Positions 18,678 to 29,510 of a stretch of 64,000 bases of DNA are shown one piece after another. The stretch covers positions 127,608 to 191,607 of the forward strand of contig JAYTHE010000002.1 of the NCBI GenBank assembly GCA_043732705.1, in the 5' to 3' direction. A program made the translations under genes and the position numbers. The stretch comes from Candidatus Omnitrophota bacterium. GTDB lineage: Bacteria; Omnitrophota; Omnitrophia; Omnitrophales; Aquincolibacteriaceae. How positions within the stretch are numbered: position 1 is the first letter of the stretch; every line of letters starts with the position of its first letter. Under the pieces are notes generated by a model, which did no database searches, was not told where the DNA came from, and was given only the letters and a program-made list of their open reading frames with translations.

Positions 18678-18693
18678 CAAGTAAGGAGGCAAT

Positions 18694-19272
18694 ATGACAG
18701 TTAAAATTTTAACTTTCGCGGGAAGTTCCCGTAAAGATTCCTGGAATAAAAAGATTGGCCACATTGCCGCCGACGGCGCGCGCGAAAAAGGTGCGGAAGT
18801 AACCTGGATTGATTTGAAAGATTATCCGATGCCGATTATGGACCAGGATTTAGAAGCGGCTTCAGGACTGCCTGAGAATGCCAAAAAACTCAAAAAGCTT
18901 TTCATCCAGCATGATGGGCTTTTGCTGGCTTGTCCGGAATATAACAGTTCGATTACGCCGCTGCTCAAAAATACTTTGGATTGGATTTCGCGCGCTGAAA
19001 GCAAAGAGGAAGCGCCGCTCGCGGCATACAATGGCAAGGTTGCGGCCTTGCTTGCCGCTTCCCCGGGAGCTTTAGGGGGTTTGCGCGGGCTTGTGACTGT
19101 ACGCAGTATTCTTGGCAATATCGGCGTTATCGTGCTGCCCGGGCAAATGGCAGTTTCAAAAGTTCATGAGGCTTTGGACCCTTCCGGTAAATTGAAAGAT
19201 GCCAAACAGGAAGCCTCCGTGAAAAAAATCGGCGCAGATTTGGCTGATTTTTTGGCAAATTTTAAAAAGTGA
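18694..19272 (+). CDS. NADPH-dependent FMN reductase
   Basis: GSSRKDS, PEYNSSI, LKNTLDWISR, SPGALGG. Confidence 0.92.
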   Translation: MTVKILTFAGSSRKDSWNKKIGHIAADGAREKGAEVTWIDLKDYPMPIMDQDLEAASGLPENAKKLKKLFIQHDGLLLACPEYNSSITPLLKNTLDWISRAESKEEAPLAAYNGKVAALLAASPGALGGLRGLVTVRSILGNIGVIVLPGQMAVSKVHEALDPSGKLKDAKQEASVKKIGADLADFLANFKK

Positions 19273-19280
19273 CACTAAGT

Positions 19281-19337
19281 GTCATCCCCGACTTGATCGG
19301 GGATCCAGCTCTGGATTCCCGCCTGCGCGGGAATGAC
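19281..19337. repeat. REP-like doublet GTCAT..GGATCCAG / CTGGATT..ATGAC
   Basis: Two hairpins in inverted arrangement; matches 2441-2470. Confidence 0.85.
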
Positions 19338-19354
19338 AAAACAAGGAATGAATA

Positions 19355-22003
19355 ATGAACGCAGAAAAACCTAAAACAATTTATCTCAAGGACTATCGCA
19401 AGCCGGATTATAAAATCGAAAAAATCGATTTGGATTTCCGGATTTTTAGCGCAGAACGCGTTGAAGTTCGCGCGCATATTCTTATTTCACGCAGCGATGT
19501 GAATCAAGACGGCAAAGCCTCGCTTGTTTTAAATGGAACGCATTTGAAGCTTCTCGAGGTCCGTCTTAATGATCAGGTATTGAGCGCGAAAGACTATCAA
19601 GTGACCGACCGAGATTTAACTTTAACCTCCACTCCGGCGAGTTTTAAGCTGGGAACGACCGTTGAGATTAACCCGAAGGCAAATCTAGCTTTAGAAGGCG
19701 TTTATGCTGCGGGCAGCGTGCTTTGCACGCAATGTGAAGCCGAAGGCTTCCGGCGCATTACTTATTTTTTAGACCGTCCGGATGTCATGGCGAAATACCG
19801 CGTCAGCTTAACCGCGGACGCGAAAGAATATCCCGTATTGCTTTCTAACGGTAACTTAGTCGATGAAAAAAACTTGTCTGGTGGCTTACGCCAGGTTACC
19901 TTCGAAGACCCTTTTCCGAAACCCAGTTATCTGTTTGCGCTTGTTGCCGGAAATTTAAAATCAATTCGCGATACTTTTAAAACGAAGTCGGGACGGAATG
20001 TGCGGCTTGAGATTTATGCCGAGCTCGGCAGTGAATCCAAATGCCAGCATGCGATGCATTCGCTTAAAAATTCCATGAAATGGGATGAAGACACGTTCGG
20101 ATTGGAGTGTGATTTGGATGATTATAAAGTTGTCGCGGTGGATGCGTTCAACTCAGGCGCCATGGAAAATAAAGGTCTGAATATTTTTAATTCGCAATAC
20201 GTGCTGGCAAAACCTGAAACCGCGACCGATATGGATTATCAAAACATTGAGGGTGTGATCGGGCATGAATATTTTCATAATTGGACGGGGAACCGCGTGA
20301 CTTGCCGCGATTGGTTTCAGCTTACATTAAAAGAGGGACTGACTGTTTTTCGGGATGAAGAATTTTCATCGGACATGGCAGATCGTTCCGTGAAGCGCAT
20401 CTCAGATGTCCGCGGGTTGCGTGACTTTCAATTTTCAGAAGATGCCGGCCCCAATGCGCATCCCGTCCGCCCCGCTTCCTATATTCAAATTCGTAATTTT
20501 TATACTTCGACGGTTTATAGTAAAGGCGCCGAAGTGATCCGCATGATTCAAACTTTTATCGGTAAAGAAAACTTCTGCAAAGGAATTACAAAATATTTTG
20601 AGCTTTATGACGGACAAGCTGTGACAACCGAAGATTTTGTGCATGCAATGGAGATTGCAAGCGGGAAAGATCTGACACAGTTTAAAACAAGCTGGTACGC
20701 GCAGGCCGGAACTCCGACGCTTAAAATTCATGGAAATTATGACGCCGCCAAACAAACCTATGTGCTTGAGGTGGAACAGATTCCCGCGAAAAATGTAAAA
20801 GTTGAGAAGCCGCAGCCGTTTATGCTGCCGCTGGCGGTGGGCCTTTTGGATGAAAGCGGGCGTGAGATTCACGCGACTCAAATTTGTGAAATCAAAGAAT
20901 GGAAACAATCTTTTCAATTTAAAAATATCCCGTCCAAACCGTTGCCGTCGCTTTTGAGAAACTTTTCCGCTCCGGTTCATTTGGATTACGCATATTCCGA
21001 GGAAGACCTTGCGCGGCTCATGGCCTATGACAAAGATGATTTTGTGCGTTATGACGCTGGACAGCGCTTAGCCGAAATTGTGCTAAGAAAAAGAATCATG
21101 CAAAACCAGCAACGGGGACAGAGCGCTGGTCTCAGCTCTGTCCCCAATGATTCTGAAAATATTTTTTTCGACGCGTTTTCAAAATTGCTTAACGACGCCT
21201 CATTGCGCCCCGCGTTTAAAGCGGAAGCTTTACTTTTGCCCGGTCTTTCCACATTGATTGAGAAAATGGACATTTGCGATTTTGACGCGGCTTTTGCGGC
21301 GAGAGAAAGCTTGCTGACGGATTTAGCCGTCCGAAATGAATCCGCGTGGCTGGCGCTTTATGAGCGGCTCGCGGTTGTAAAAAAATATGAAATTACTTCT
21401 CAGGCTATCGGAGAACGATCGCTCAAAAACCGGTCTTTGGCGGTATTAGTGCAGCTTGAAAAACCGGTTTACTATGAGCTTGCTGCGAAACAGGCGGGCT
21501 CTGCGACAAACATGACGGATGAAATTGCCGCTTTGAGCGTGATTGTCAATTCCAAATCCGTGCTGAAGGAGCAAGTCATTGAAAGCTTCTATAAAAAATG
21601 GAAAATGGAATTTCTGGTGCTTAATAAGTGGCTCGCGGTTCAAGCCGGGTCGAAAGAGGAACGGGTGATTGAGCGCGTTAAAAAGCTTTCCGCGCATGAA
21701 TGTTATCAGTCAAAAAATCCGAATATGCTTCGCGCGCTTTACGGCGTATTCGCGCGGAACTTTTCGCGTTTTCATGCCGCGAACGGTGAAGGCTATCAAC
21801 TCATCGCGGATCAAATCATTGTGATCGACGGATTTAACTCGCAAATTGCGGGGCGCATGATTCCTGTTTTTAATCATTACAAAAAATTGGATGCCGGACG
21901 CAAGGCGCTCATGAAAAATGCCCTGGAGAAAATTTTAAATCGGAAAGAATGTTCGCCGGATGTTTACGAAATGGTTTCAAAAACATTGGCCGATGGGAAA
22001 TAA
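19355..22003 (+). CDS. pepN: aminopeptidase N (M1)
   Basis: GAMENKG, HEYFH..LKEG, NFYTSTVY, NPN..R. Confidence 0.97.
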   Translation: MNAEKPKTIYLKDYRKPDYKIEKIDLDFRIFSAERVEVRAHILISRSDVNQDGKASLVLNGTHLKLLEVRLNDQVLSAKDYQVTDRDLTLTSTPASFKLGTTVEINPKANLALEGVYAAGSVLCTQCEAEGFRRITYFLDRPDVMAKYRVSLTADAKEYPVLLSNGNLVDEKNLSGGLRQVTFEDPFPKPSYLFALVAGNLKSIRDTFKTKSGRNVRLEIYAELGSESKCQHAMHSLKNSMKWDEDTFGLECDLDDYKVVAVDAFNSGAMENKGLNIFNSQYVLAKPETATDMDYQNIEGVIGHEYFHNWTGNRVTCRDWFQLTLKEGLTVFRDEEFSSDMADRSVKRISDVRGLRDFQFSEDAGPNAHPVRPASYIQIRNFYTSTVYSKGAEVIRMIQTFIGKENFCKGITKYFELYDGQAVTTEDFVHAMEIASGKDLTQFKTSWYAQAGTPTLKIHGNYDAAKQTYVLEVEQIPAKNVKVEKPQPFMLPLAVGLLDESGREIHATQICEIKEWKQSFQFKNIPSKPLPSLLRNFSAPVHLDYAYSEEDLARLMAYDKDDFVRYDAGQRLAEIVLRKRIMQNQQRGQSAGLSSVPNDSENIFFDAFSKLLNDASLRPAFKAEALLLPGLSTLIEKMDICDFDAAFAARESLLTDLAVRNESAWLALYERLAVVKKYEITSQAIGERSLKNRSLAVLVQLEKPVYYELAAKQAGSATNMTDEIAALSVIVNSKSVLKEQVIESFYKKWKMEFLVLNKWLAVQAGSKEERVIERVKKLSAHECYQSKNPNMLRALYGVFARNFSRFHAANGEGYQLIADQIIVIDGFNSQIAGRMIPVFNHYKKLDAGRKALMKNALEKILNRKECSPDVYEMVSKTLADGK

Positions 22004-22013
22004 AGAGGTAGTT

Positions 22014-22796
22014 ATGAAAAAAATTCTGGTTTTGTTTTTAGTCATTTTTTCTTTTGTTCCAGCGGCTTTTTCAAAAGTTGTTTCGGAGCCGGTGAACTAC
22101 ATTGAAAATGGCGAAGCCCTTCAGGGGTTCATTTATTATGATGATGGGGCGAAAAAGAAATTGCCCGGGATTATCGTGATCCATGAATGGAAAGGTTTGG
22201 GGGAATATGCTAAAAAGCGCGCTGAAATGCTGGCGGGTTTGGGTTATGCCGCTTTCGCGGCGGATATGTATGGTAAAGGTATATTCGCCAAGGACCATGA
22301 AGAGGCGGGGCAACTCTCCGGAGCTTTCTTTAAAGACCGCAAACGCATGCGTGCCCGTGCCGCCGCCGCTTATGACGCTTTTCTCGCTACGGGAAAAGTG
22401 GATGAAACCAAAGTTGCTGCGATTGGCTATTGCTTTGGCGGAACCACAGTTTTAGAAATGGCGCGCAGCGGTATGCCTCTGAAAGGCGTGGCCAGCTTTC
22501 ACGGAATTTTAGCAACGCCGGCGGTGGCCGAAGCGGGACAGGTTAAAGCGAAAATTTTAGTCCTGACAGGCGCGGAAGACAAGATGGTTATGCCGGGAGA
22601 TATTTTGAGCTTCGAAAATGAAATGCGCACCGCAAAAATCGATTGGCAGCTTGTCCGTTTTGGCGGGGCCAAGCATAGTTTTACGGTTTGGGACGCCAAT
22701 TTGCCCGAGCAGGGAATTCAATACAACGCCAAGGCCGATAAACGTTCTTGGGCGATGCTGCAGGACTTTCTTAAAGAAATTTTTAATATTAAATAA
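22014..22796 (+). CDS. dienelactone hydrolase family protein, secreted
   Basis: Signal peptide, HEWKG, GYCFGG, HSFT. Confidence 0.9.
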   Translation: MKKILVLFLVIFSFVPAAFSKVVSEPVNYIENGEALQGFIYYDDGAKKKLPGIIVIHEWKGLGEYAKKRAEMLAGLGYAAFAADMYGKGIFAKDHEEAGQLSGAFFKDRKRMRARAAAAYDAFLATGKVDETKVAAIGYCFGGTTVLEMARSGMPLKGVASFHGILATPAVAEAGQVKAKILVLTGAEDKMVMPGDILSFENEMRTAKIDWQLVRFGGAKHSFTVWDANLPEQGIQYNAKADKRSWAMLQDFLKEIFNIK

Positions 22797-22798
22797 TA

Positions 22799-23461
22799 AT
22801 GCTCGATTTTATTACGCTTGAAACATCTCCGCAGCCGGATGCCGCGATTATTTGGCTGCATGGCCTCGGAGCGGACGGACATGATTTTGAATCAATTGTT
22901 CCTGAATTAAAACTTCCAGAAAATTTACATATTCGTTTTATTTTTCCGCATGCGCCCACTATGCCCGTTACAGTGAATGGCGGTTATGTCATGCCGGCCT
23001 GGTACGATATTTACGGCGGCGGTGTCCTCAGCGGCGAAGATGAAAACGGTTTGCGTCGTTCGCAAAAACAAATCATTGAACTCATTGAGAGCGAAATCAA
23101 AAAAGGAATTCAGCCGAATCGAATTGTGCTTGCTGGTTTTTCACAAGGCGGTGCCATGACTTTGTTTACGGGATTGCGTTATCCGAAAAGATTAGCGGGA
23201 TTGATGGTGCTCTCGGGGTATTTGCCGATGGGCGAGGCTTTAACCGCTGAAATGAGCGAAACAAACTCAAAGACACAGGTTTTTATGGCTCATGGCAAGC
23301 AGGACAGCGTGGTTCCTTATGAAGGCGCGCGGATCTCAAAAGAGTTTCTTTTGAAACGCGGAATTCCGGTTGAATGGCATGAATATTCCATGGCGCACTC
23401 GCTTCATCCACAAGAAATTAAAGACATCTCCTCCTGGATTCAAAAGATTCTTGTTGGCTGA
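22799..23461 (+). CDS. carboxylesterase/phospholipase (Abhydrolase_2)
   Basis: LHGLGADG, PAWYD, GFSQGG, HGKQD. Confidence 0.92.
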   Translation: MLDFITLETSPQPDAAIIWLHGLGADGHDFESIVPELKLPENLHIRFIFPHAPTMPVTVNGGYVMPAWYDIYGGGVLSGEDENGLRRSQKQIIELIESEIKKGIQPNRIVLAGFSQGGAMTLFTGLRYPKRLAGLMVLSGYLPMGEALTAEMSETNSKTQVFMAHGKQDSVVPYEGARISKEFLLKRGIPVEWHEYSMAHSLHPQEIKDISSWIQKILVG

Positions 23462-23466
23462 AAAAA

Positions 23467-23879
23467 TAATTAGTTTGGTCTTTTGAGATAGGATTCAAAT
23501 TGCTCAAACAGTTGCCTCTTCGGGCAAAACTCGCAATTTGAATCCTATCTCAAAGACATTCGCGCGATGTTGGGGTGGGGGCAATCATCAGAGAAGCAAC
23601 ACTTAGAAGTCTCAATCCTTCGAAGGCTCTTTTAGTAATTTTGCCACTTCCTTGCTCAACCTCAGCAACCTAGCTTCCCATCATATCTTCACATGGTTCT
23701 GCAAAGCAGGACCATGTGAAACGTTTTTTTGTCTCAGCTGTGTTGAGACAAAAAAAGATGTGACGGGAAACTGCTTAAAAGTGCGAGGCAGGGAATAGGG
23801 AAAATTAAGGGCGCGTCTCTACTAAGTTTGAATGGGAAGCCTTGTTTCTCCGCTTTATGCTCACACCCACACTGCGTAG
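23467..23879 (+). ncRNA. candidate large structured RNA/ssDNA element: 22-bp hairpin plus ~315-nt forked rod (family V, long form)
   Basis: Nested complementary segments, G-U wobble bias toward + strand, no ORF. Confidence 0.55.
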
Positions 23880-23884
23880 AAAAT

Positions 23885-23956
23885 AAAAAAAGGCAATTCA
23901 ATTTACGAGTTCTGCCCGCAGAGGCAGCTGTCTGAGTAAAGTGAATTGCCTTTTTT
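23885..23956 (-). repeat. inverted family-V core hairpin, probably also a bidirectional terminator
   Basis: AAAAAAGGCAATTCA/TGAATTGCCTTTTTT stem around reverse-complemented CTCAGACAG..AACTCG. Confidence 0.7.
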
Positions 23957-23990
23957 AGTTCAATGCCGGATACTTTTCAACAGGAAACAC

Positions 23991-24233
23991 TTACCAAAGG
24001 TTATCTTTTTTTGAGCCTTTGGTTTTATTCATGCGCACTTGCTTTTCCCAGGGGTCATCTTCAAGCGCGTCTTCATCCTTGAGCTCTTCGTCATCGTCGG
24101 AAGACTCTTCTTCGTCAAGATGGTCATCAAGCTGTTCTAAATCTTCTTCATCGTCAAGATCGTCGTCCTTAAGGTCCTTCGGATCCTCCAAGTCGTCATC
24201 GAGATCATCATCATTAGGCTCACGGTCAAACAT
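23991..24233 (-). CDS. small highly acidic (D/E-rich) protein with basic tail
   Basis: AGGAG RBS; 80 aa, about half Asp/Glu. Confidence 0.7.
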   Translation of the reverse strand: MFDREPNDDDLDDDLEDPKDLKDDDLDDEEDLEQLDDHLDEEESSDDDEELKDEDALEDDPWEKQVRMNKTKGSKKDNLW

Positions 24234-24401
24234 CTTTCTCTTCTCCTATAAAAATGTAAAAGGGCATTGGGTATTAAGTATTTTATTCCCGCATTGTTTT
24301 GAGTCCACAAAAAAATGACACAAAATGAAATACTCAAAAAATGATAGCACAAAGCGTGCTAATTAAAAGGGATTGGGAAAGTTTTTTTCAGGCGGAAGAA
24401 T

Positions 24402-24779
24402 CTAGCCCTGATGCTCGGAAACAGCAGGAGTTTCGCTGAATTGATGTGCAGAACGGGTCACCCATGTTTTGGGAGCCAATTTATTGGCGACAAAATCGCG
24501 TGAGAGGAAGTCATTGAGGGTCATGGCGAACATGACTCCGACCCACAAAAATGCGCCGAAAATGAACAGTTTGATAAAGCCGGAGGACTCTTTTAAATGC
24601 ATGAAAAAAATTAAAATTAAAGCTGTTATGATGAAAGCATTGGTTAAAAGGATGACAGTGTTGAACAAACCCCAATTGACGAAAGAGGAAGCAACGCTCG
24701 CCGCGCTCAAAAGAAGTATGAGGCAGAAGATTCCGATTTCCGTGCCCAATCCGTCTTTATAGGAAGATTCGCCGCTCAT
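24402..24779 (-). CDS. cytochrome c oxidase subunit IV
   Basis: FFMHLK motif, three TM helices; ATG overlaps subunit III stop. Confidence 0.85.
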   Translation of the reverse strand: MSGESSYKDGLGTEIGIFCLILLLSAASVASSFVNWGLFNTVILLTNAFIITALILIFFMHLKESSGFIKLFIFGAFLWVGVMFAMTLNDFLSRDFVANKLAPKTWVTRSAHQFSETPAVSEHQG

Positions 24780-25438
24780 GCATGCCTCCCGATCAAATAA
24801 AGCAGGGGAAAAAGAAAAGTCCAAACGATATCGATAAAATGCCAATAAAGCCCAAAGATTGTAACCGGAGTGCTGTATTCCGTTGTGTAACAGCCTTTTT
24901 TGTTCTGCCAAAGGATGATGGCGAGGATAATCACGCCGACAATCATATGCAGCGCATGAATGCCCGTTAAAACGAAATAAAGTGAATAAAAAATCCGGAT
25001 ACCGGGACCTTCAAAACCATGAAAATGAAAGGTGTCAGTAGGCACTAAATGATGTAAGAACTTATCATGATATTCAATGCTTTTAATTCCAAGGAAAAGC
25101 AGGCCAAGCACAAGCGTTATTGATAGGAAGATCGAAGTCAGATCTTTTTTACCGAATCTCGCGGTACGGACTGCGAGACCCATGGTAAAAGAGCTGACCA
25201 AAAGGACAATCGTGTTTGTCCCGCCGAGCCAAAGGTTTAAATGGCGGCTGCCTGCGGCAAAAGCGGCATAATAAAAGCCGCGGTTAACCGTATAGGCCAT
25301 GAAAAGAGCGCCGAAAGTAAGAATTTCCGTGACAAGGAAAGTCCACATACCCAATGAAACAGCTTCATATTGCTGTTTCAGATTGGTGAAATGATGCTGA
25401 AGCGGGCCATGACCCGATGAAGTGTGGCCGCTCATCAA
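24776..25438 (-). CDS. cytochrome c oxidase subunit III
   Basis: [25 protein letters not shown]. Confidence 0.93.
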   Translation of the reverse strand: MMSGHTSSGHGPLQHHFTNLKQQYEAVSLGMWTFLVTEILTFGALFMAYTVNRGFYYAAFAAGSRHLNLWLGGTNTIVLLVSSFTMGLAVRTARFGKKDLTSIFLSITLVLGLLFLGIKSIEYHDKFLHHLVPTDTFHFHGFEGPGIRIFYSLYFVLTGIHALHMIVGVIILAIILWQNKKGCYTTEYSTPVTIFGLYWHFIDIVWTFLFPLLYLIGRHA

Positions 25439-27060
25439 TGGCCTCCCTTATGCGCAGCATTGGAACTAACACTGTGATGCGGCGCGAAATCATAAGCTTC
25501 TTCGGTGACTGTCGGTGTTTCATCAAAATTATGCGTTGTCGGAGGCGAAGGAATGGTCCATTCCAATCCTTTGGCGCCCCACGGATTCATGGTCGCGTCT
25601 TTGCCGTTTTTTAGCGACCAAAGTAAATTGACGATCGGAATTAAAAAGGAAAAGCCAAGCAGGATTGCACCCGAAGTCGAAAGCACGTTGAAGATTTGGA
25701 ATTCAGGAGCATACACGTGATAACGGCGCGGCATTCCCAGATAACCCGCGATAAACTGCGGAAAGAAAGTTAAATTGAATCCGACGAAAATCATAGTGGC
25801 TGCAATCCGCCCCAGCATTTCGTTGTACATTTTTCCAGTCATTTTAGGCCACCAATAATGCAATGCGCCGAGATAGCCCATCAAAGCCGCTCCGACCATG
25901 ATGTAATGAAAATGCGCGACGACAAAATAAGTATCGTGAATGTGAATATCAATCGCGAGTGTCGCGCAGAAAAGACCGGTTAAACCGCCGATCATGAAAA
26001 CACCGAAAAATCCAAATACATAAAAGAGGGGAGTATCAAAAGTAATCGAAGCTTTATACAGCGTCGCGACCCAGTTAAAAACTTTGATTGCCGAAGGAAT
26101 TCCGATCAAGAAAGTGAGGGCTGAAAAGACAACGCTTGAATAAATCGATTGGCTGGAAACAAACATATGATGGCCCCAAATAAAAAAACCGAGCAGCGCA
26201 ATTGCCATACTCGAACCCGCGATAAATTCATATCCGAACGGACGCTTTTTCGAAAAGGTCGCGACAATTTCGCTGATCACGCCCATGGAAGGCAAAATCA
26301 TAATGTAAACCGCAGGGTGAGAATAAAACCAGAATAAATGCTGAAATAAAACAGGATCGCCGCCGAGACGCGGGTCAAAGAAACCAAAGTGGAAAGTGCG
26401 TTCCAGGAAAACCAGTAAAATGGTCATGGCAATGACTGGTGTTCCAAGCACCATGATGATACCGGTCGCATAATTAGCCCAGACGAAAAGCGGCAGGCGG
26501 AACCAGGTCATGCCCGGCGCGCGCATCTTGTGCACGGTCACGATAAAGTTAATCCCGGTCATAACGGACGAAATACCGCTAATCAAAACGCCTAGGGCGG
26601 CAGCGGTGACGGCGGAATTCGAGTAAGTACTGCTATAGGGCGTATAAAAAGTCCAGCCTGTATCAACACCGCCCATGAGGATGCTGGTAAGCGCGATGGT
26701 CGCGCCCGCCATATAAACGTACCAGCTGAGAAGATTCATGCGCGGGAAAGCCATATCCTTGGCGCCGATCATAATCGGCAGAATAAAATTACCGATGACA
26801 CCGGGAATGGACGGAATCAGAAAGAAGAAAACCATCGTAATTCCATGCATCGTAAAGATACGGTTATAGATATCGGACTGAAAAAGATCGCCGCGTGGCG
26901 TGAGCAATTCCAAGCGCATTAAAAGCGCGAAAAAACCGCCGAGAAAAAAGAAAGCGGTGACTGAAATAAGATAAAGAATTCCGATGCGCTTGTGGTCCAC
27001 GGTCGTAAGCCACGAACGGATACTGTGATCTGCCGTTAAATAATTTTTTGTGGAAGTCAT
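25435..27060 (-). CDS. ctaD: cytochrome c oxidase subunit I, A2 type
   Basis: [34 protein letters not shown]. Confidence 0.97.
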   Translation of the reverse strand: MTSTKNYLTADHSIRSWLTTVDHKRIGILYLISVTAFFFLGGFFALLMRLELLTPRGDLFQSDIYNRIFTMHGITMVFFFLIPSIPGVIGNFILPIMIGAKDMAFPRMNLLSWYVYMAGATIALTSILMGGVDTGWTFYTPYSSTYSNSAVTAAALGVLISGISSVMTGINFIVTVHKMRAPGMTWFRLPLFVWANYATGIIMVLGTPVIAMTILLVFLERTFHFGFFDPRLGGDPVLFQHLFWFYSHPAVYIMILPSMGVISEIVATFSKKRPFGYEFIAGSSMAIALLGFFIWGHHMFVSSQSIYSSVVFSALTFLIGIPSAIKVFNWVATLYKASITFDTPLFYVFGFFGVFMIGGLTGLFCATLAIDIHIHDTYFVVAHFHYIMVGAALMGYLGALHYWWPKMTGKMYNEMLGRIAATMIFVGFNLTFFPQFIAGYLGMPRRYHVYAPEFQIFNVLSTSGAILLGFSFLIPIVNLLWSLKNGKDATMNPWGAKGLEWTIPSPPTTHNFDETPTVTEEAYDFAPHHSVSSNAAHKGGH

Positions 27061-27073
27061 TTTGTTTAAGCTC

Positions 27074-28129
27074 TTATTTTGTTAATGAATGCGAACTGTC
27101 GGAATCGCTCTTAAGACCCTTGATGTAAGTTACTAAAGCCAAAATTTGTTCTTCATCAACCTGACCTTTATAAGTTGGCATTAATGCGTTATATCCCTGC
27201 ACCATTTTTTCGGAAGGGGTCAAAATGGATTCACGAATATAAGTTTCATTCGCGAGAGTCGTCTGGCCGTTATCTAAAATAACTTTTTTTCCGAACAGTC
27301 CGGCAAGATCAGGGCCCATGGAACCGGAAGTTGCGCTGTGGCATGAGTTGCACTTTAATTCGCTAAAGAGTTTCTTGCCATGCTCTTCTAATGTACCGTC
27401 ATTTGAAAGAGTCACGATATTTTGAGTCACCGTTGAATTTAGAGCGACTTGAGCGTTTTGATGGGTATTGGCATCCGCAAGGACCACCGCCGCAGTCGGA
27501 TTTTTGATGCGTTCAGCCAGCCAGTTTTTATATTTGGCTTCTTCCATGACCACAATCGATCCGATCATTTCAGAGTGCTTGGTCCCGCAAAATTCAGCGC
27601 AAAATAAATGAAAAGTGCCCGTCTTAGTAGCTTGAAACCATGCGAAAGTATATTTACCCGGAACCGCGTCAGATTTGATACGGAAAGCCGGCATAAAGAA
27701 GCTATGAATGACGTCTTCGGATGTAATCGTGAGTTTGATGGGGGTATTGATAGGTACATGCAATTCATTCATTTCACGCGGGCCTTCGCCGTGCTGAATT
27801 TTCCACATCCACTGTTTGCCGACTACGAAGATATCCATCGCGTTGTCAGGAATACGCATTTCTTTAAAATAAACCGAAACGCCCCACCCGAACATGAAGA
27901 CGGTGATTAAGAGCGGAATTCCGGACCAAACGATTTCTAAAAGCAAATTACCATGAACCGCTTCAGGCATGCGTTCATCGCGTTTGCGGTATTTAATCGA
28001 AAAGTAAATAACCAGACCCACAACGAGAACGGTAAAGAAAAGGCTGACAGCCAACATAAAAATATAAATGTTGTCGACCTCAGGCGCGAATGTGCTGGCT
28101 TGTACGGGTAATCCCGGGAAATGACTCAT
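27074..28129 (-). CDS. coxB: cytochrome c oxidase subunit II with fused cytochrome c
   Basis: [17 protein letters not shown] (CuA), CNSCH..MP. Confidence 0.95.
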   Translation of the reverse strand: MSHFPGLPVQASTFAPEVDNIYIFMLAVSLFFTVLVVGLVIYFSIKYRKRDERMPEAVHGNLLLEIVWSGIPLLITVFMFGWGVSVYFKEMRIPDNAMDIFVVGKQWMWKIQHGEGPREMNELHVPINTPIKLTITSEDVIHSFFMPAFRIKSDAVPGKYTFAWFQATKTGTFHLFCAEFCGTKHSEMIGSIVVMEEAKYKNWLAERIKNPTAAVVLADANTHQNAQVALNSTVTQNIVTLSNDGTLEEHGKKLFSELKCNSCHSATSGSMGPDLAGLFGKKVILDNGQTTLANETYIRESILTPSEKMVQGYNALMPTYKGQVDEEQILALVTYIKGLKSDSDSSHSLTK

Positions 28130-28214
28130 AATTTTTTAGCCCAATGACCTTATTTTATTCTAATTAAAAATACCCAATTGTATTTCAAGCTGTTCGAAAC
28201 AAAAGTATTCCGGC

Positions 28215-29066
28215 TCAGCGCGGAACCGAACTGCGCCGGCCGATTTTTTCGTTTTTTAAACTTCCAATAATAAACCAGGCAAGCAAAAGGACGGTTAAGC
28301 CTCCGCCCACGCGCAAAATTTCATCGACGGCCATACTGTATTTACCCTTAGTCGGGTTGTAGTGATAGCAAATCAAAAGAATCTGGTCCCAAAAAGAACC
28401 GACTTTGCCGTTAGCGGCTTCAATCAGCGCAAGTTTGACGCTGCGCGGATCGAAGTCAATCCCGCCCATATAACGCATAATTTTTCCTTCCGGGCTCAAA
28501 AAAAGTAAAACCGCGGAATGAACATATTCGCCCGAGGCTGGGTCTTTTTCATATTTAAAACCCACGCTTTTGGATAAAGAACGGATGGCTTTTTCATCAC
28601 CCGTAAGAAAGGTAACCAGGCGCGCGTGCTGGCGCGTAGTGTAATCCTTAAGAAACTCAGCTTTTTTTGCGGCGGCATTGGCAGTTGTATCATTCGGATT
28701 AATGGAATAAACAATCAGGTCAAAATCACCATTCGTTAAAAGATCCATTTTGCTTAAGCCTTTCGCGAGCCCTTTGAGAACAAGCTGGCAAAGCATCGGA
28801 CAGGTGTAATAAACCGGCACAAGAATAACCGGCTTATCGGTGAAAAGGGTGTTGAGCAAGATGGGTTTGCCCGTATCCGTTGTCCACGGAGTGTCGAGTG
28901 CGGCCATGGCATCCAGGCGATGTTCAATGCCTGTTTTTTTCAACATCTCTTCCTGCGGTCCGGCATTTGCGGACGCAACTAAGAACAACGGGCAAAGGGC
29001 AAGAGACAAAGCGGCTGCTTTTAACCACTTTGTTCCTTGTTCTTTATTCGTTGAGCTAATCTTCAT
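28215..29066 (-). CDS. SCO family copper chaperone
   Basis: YYTCPMLC, YVH, CYHYNP. Confidence 0.9.
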   Translation of the reverse strand: MKISSTNKEQGTKWLKAAALSLALCPLFLVASANAGPQEEMLKKTGIEHRLDAMAALDTPWTTDTGKPILLNTLFTDKPVILVPVYYTCPMLCQLVLKGLAKGLSKMDLLTNGDFDLIVYSINPNDTTANAAAKKAEFLKDYTTRQHARLVTFLTGDEKAIRSLSKSVGFKYEKDPASGEYVHSAVLLFLSPEGKIMRYMGGIDFDPRSVKLALIEAANGKVGSFWDQILLICYHYNPTKGKYSMAVDEILRVGGGLTVLLLAWFIIGSLKNEKIGRRSSVPR

Positions 29067-29455
29067 GACTTCCTTACAGAAAAACCTTGCTTGAGAGCGT
29101 CTTGAATAGCTGCATCAATTTTTTTATTTGCATCAAATGCATTCATTTCCTGGTGGAATTTTTCTAATTCACCGCCGGGATGAACTTCAACCAAAATTTC
29201 CGGCACCATGGTTTGAGTTTGGGCAACGGTGGCGCCGTTGCCGCTGTCGGCTTTATTCCACATATATTTAGTGAAAGGTATCATGGATAAACTAATACTG
29301 AAAAGAATGGCAAGCACAATCAGCCCCATAACCACAATCGCGCGGTTATCAGTGTCGCTCTTTTCGTAACGGATAGTATCGTTTTCGCGGCTGTCGTGGT
29401 GCATCTCGTTAGAAGCGGCCTTGTTCCCGTGTTGTGGTTCAAAGTTATTATTCAT
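29063..29455 (-). CDS. single-TM ACIII-associated protein (ActG-like position)
   Basis: YEKSD-TM architecture; lies between actF and SCO. Confidence 0.65.
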   Translation of the reverse strand: MNNNFEPQHGNKAASNEMHHDSRENDTIRYEKSDTDNRAIVVMGLIVLAILFSISLSMIPFTKYMWNKADSGNGATVAQTQTMVPEILVEVHPGGELEKFHQEMNAFDANKKIDAAIQDALKQGFSVRKS

Positions 29456-29495
29456 AAAAATTTTCTTAAGTTACAAAGCGCTTTGTTGGTTCCGC

Positions 29496-29510
29496 TTCTA
29501 ACGGGACTCA
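29496..29510 (-). mobile_element. solo MITE end TGAG-TCCCGTTAGA
   Basis: Identical to 6816-6829; follows an ATG overlapping the actF stop. Confidence 0.55.

Noticed and set aside
24019-24318. Ser-rich 99-aa + strand ORF
   Set aside because: Antisense shadow of the Asp/Glu-rich gene.
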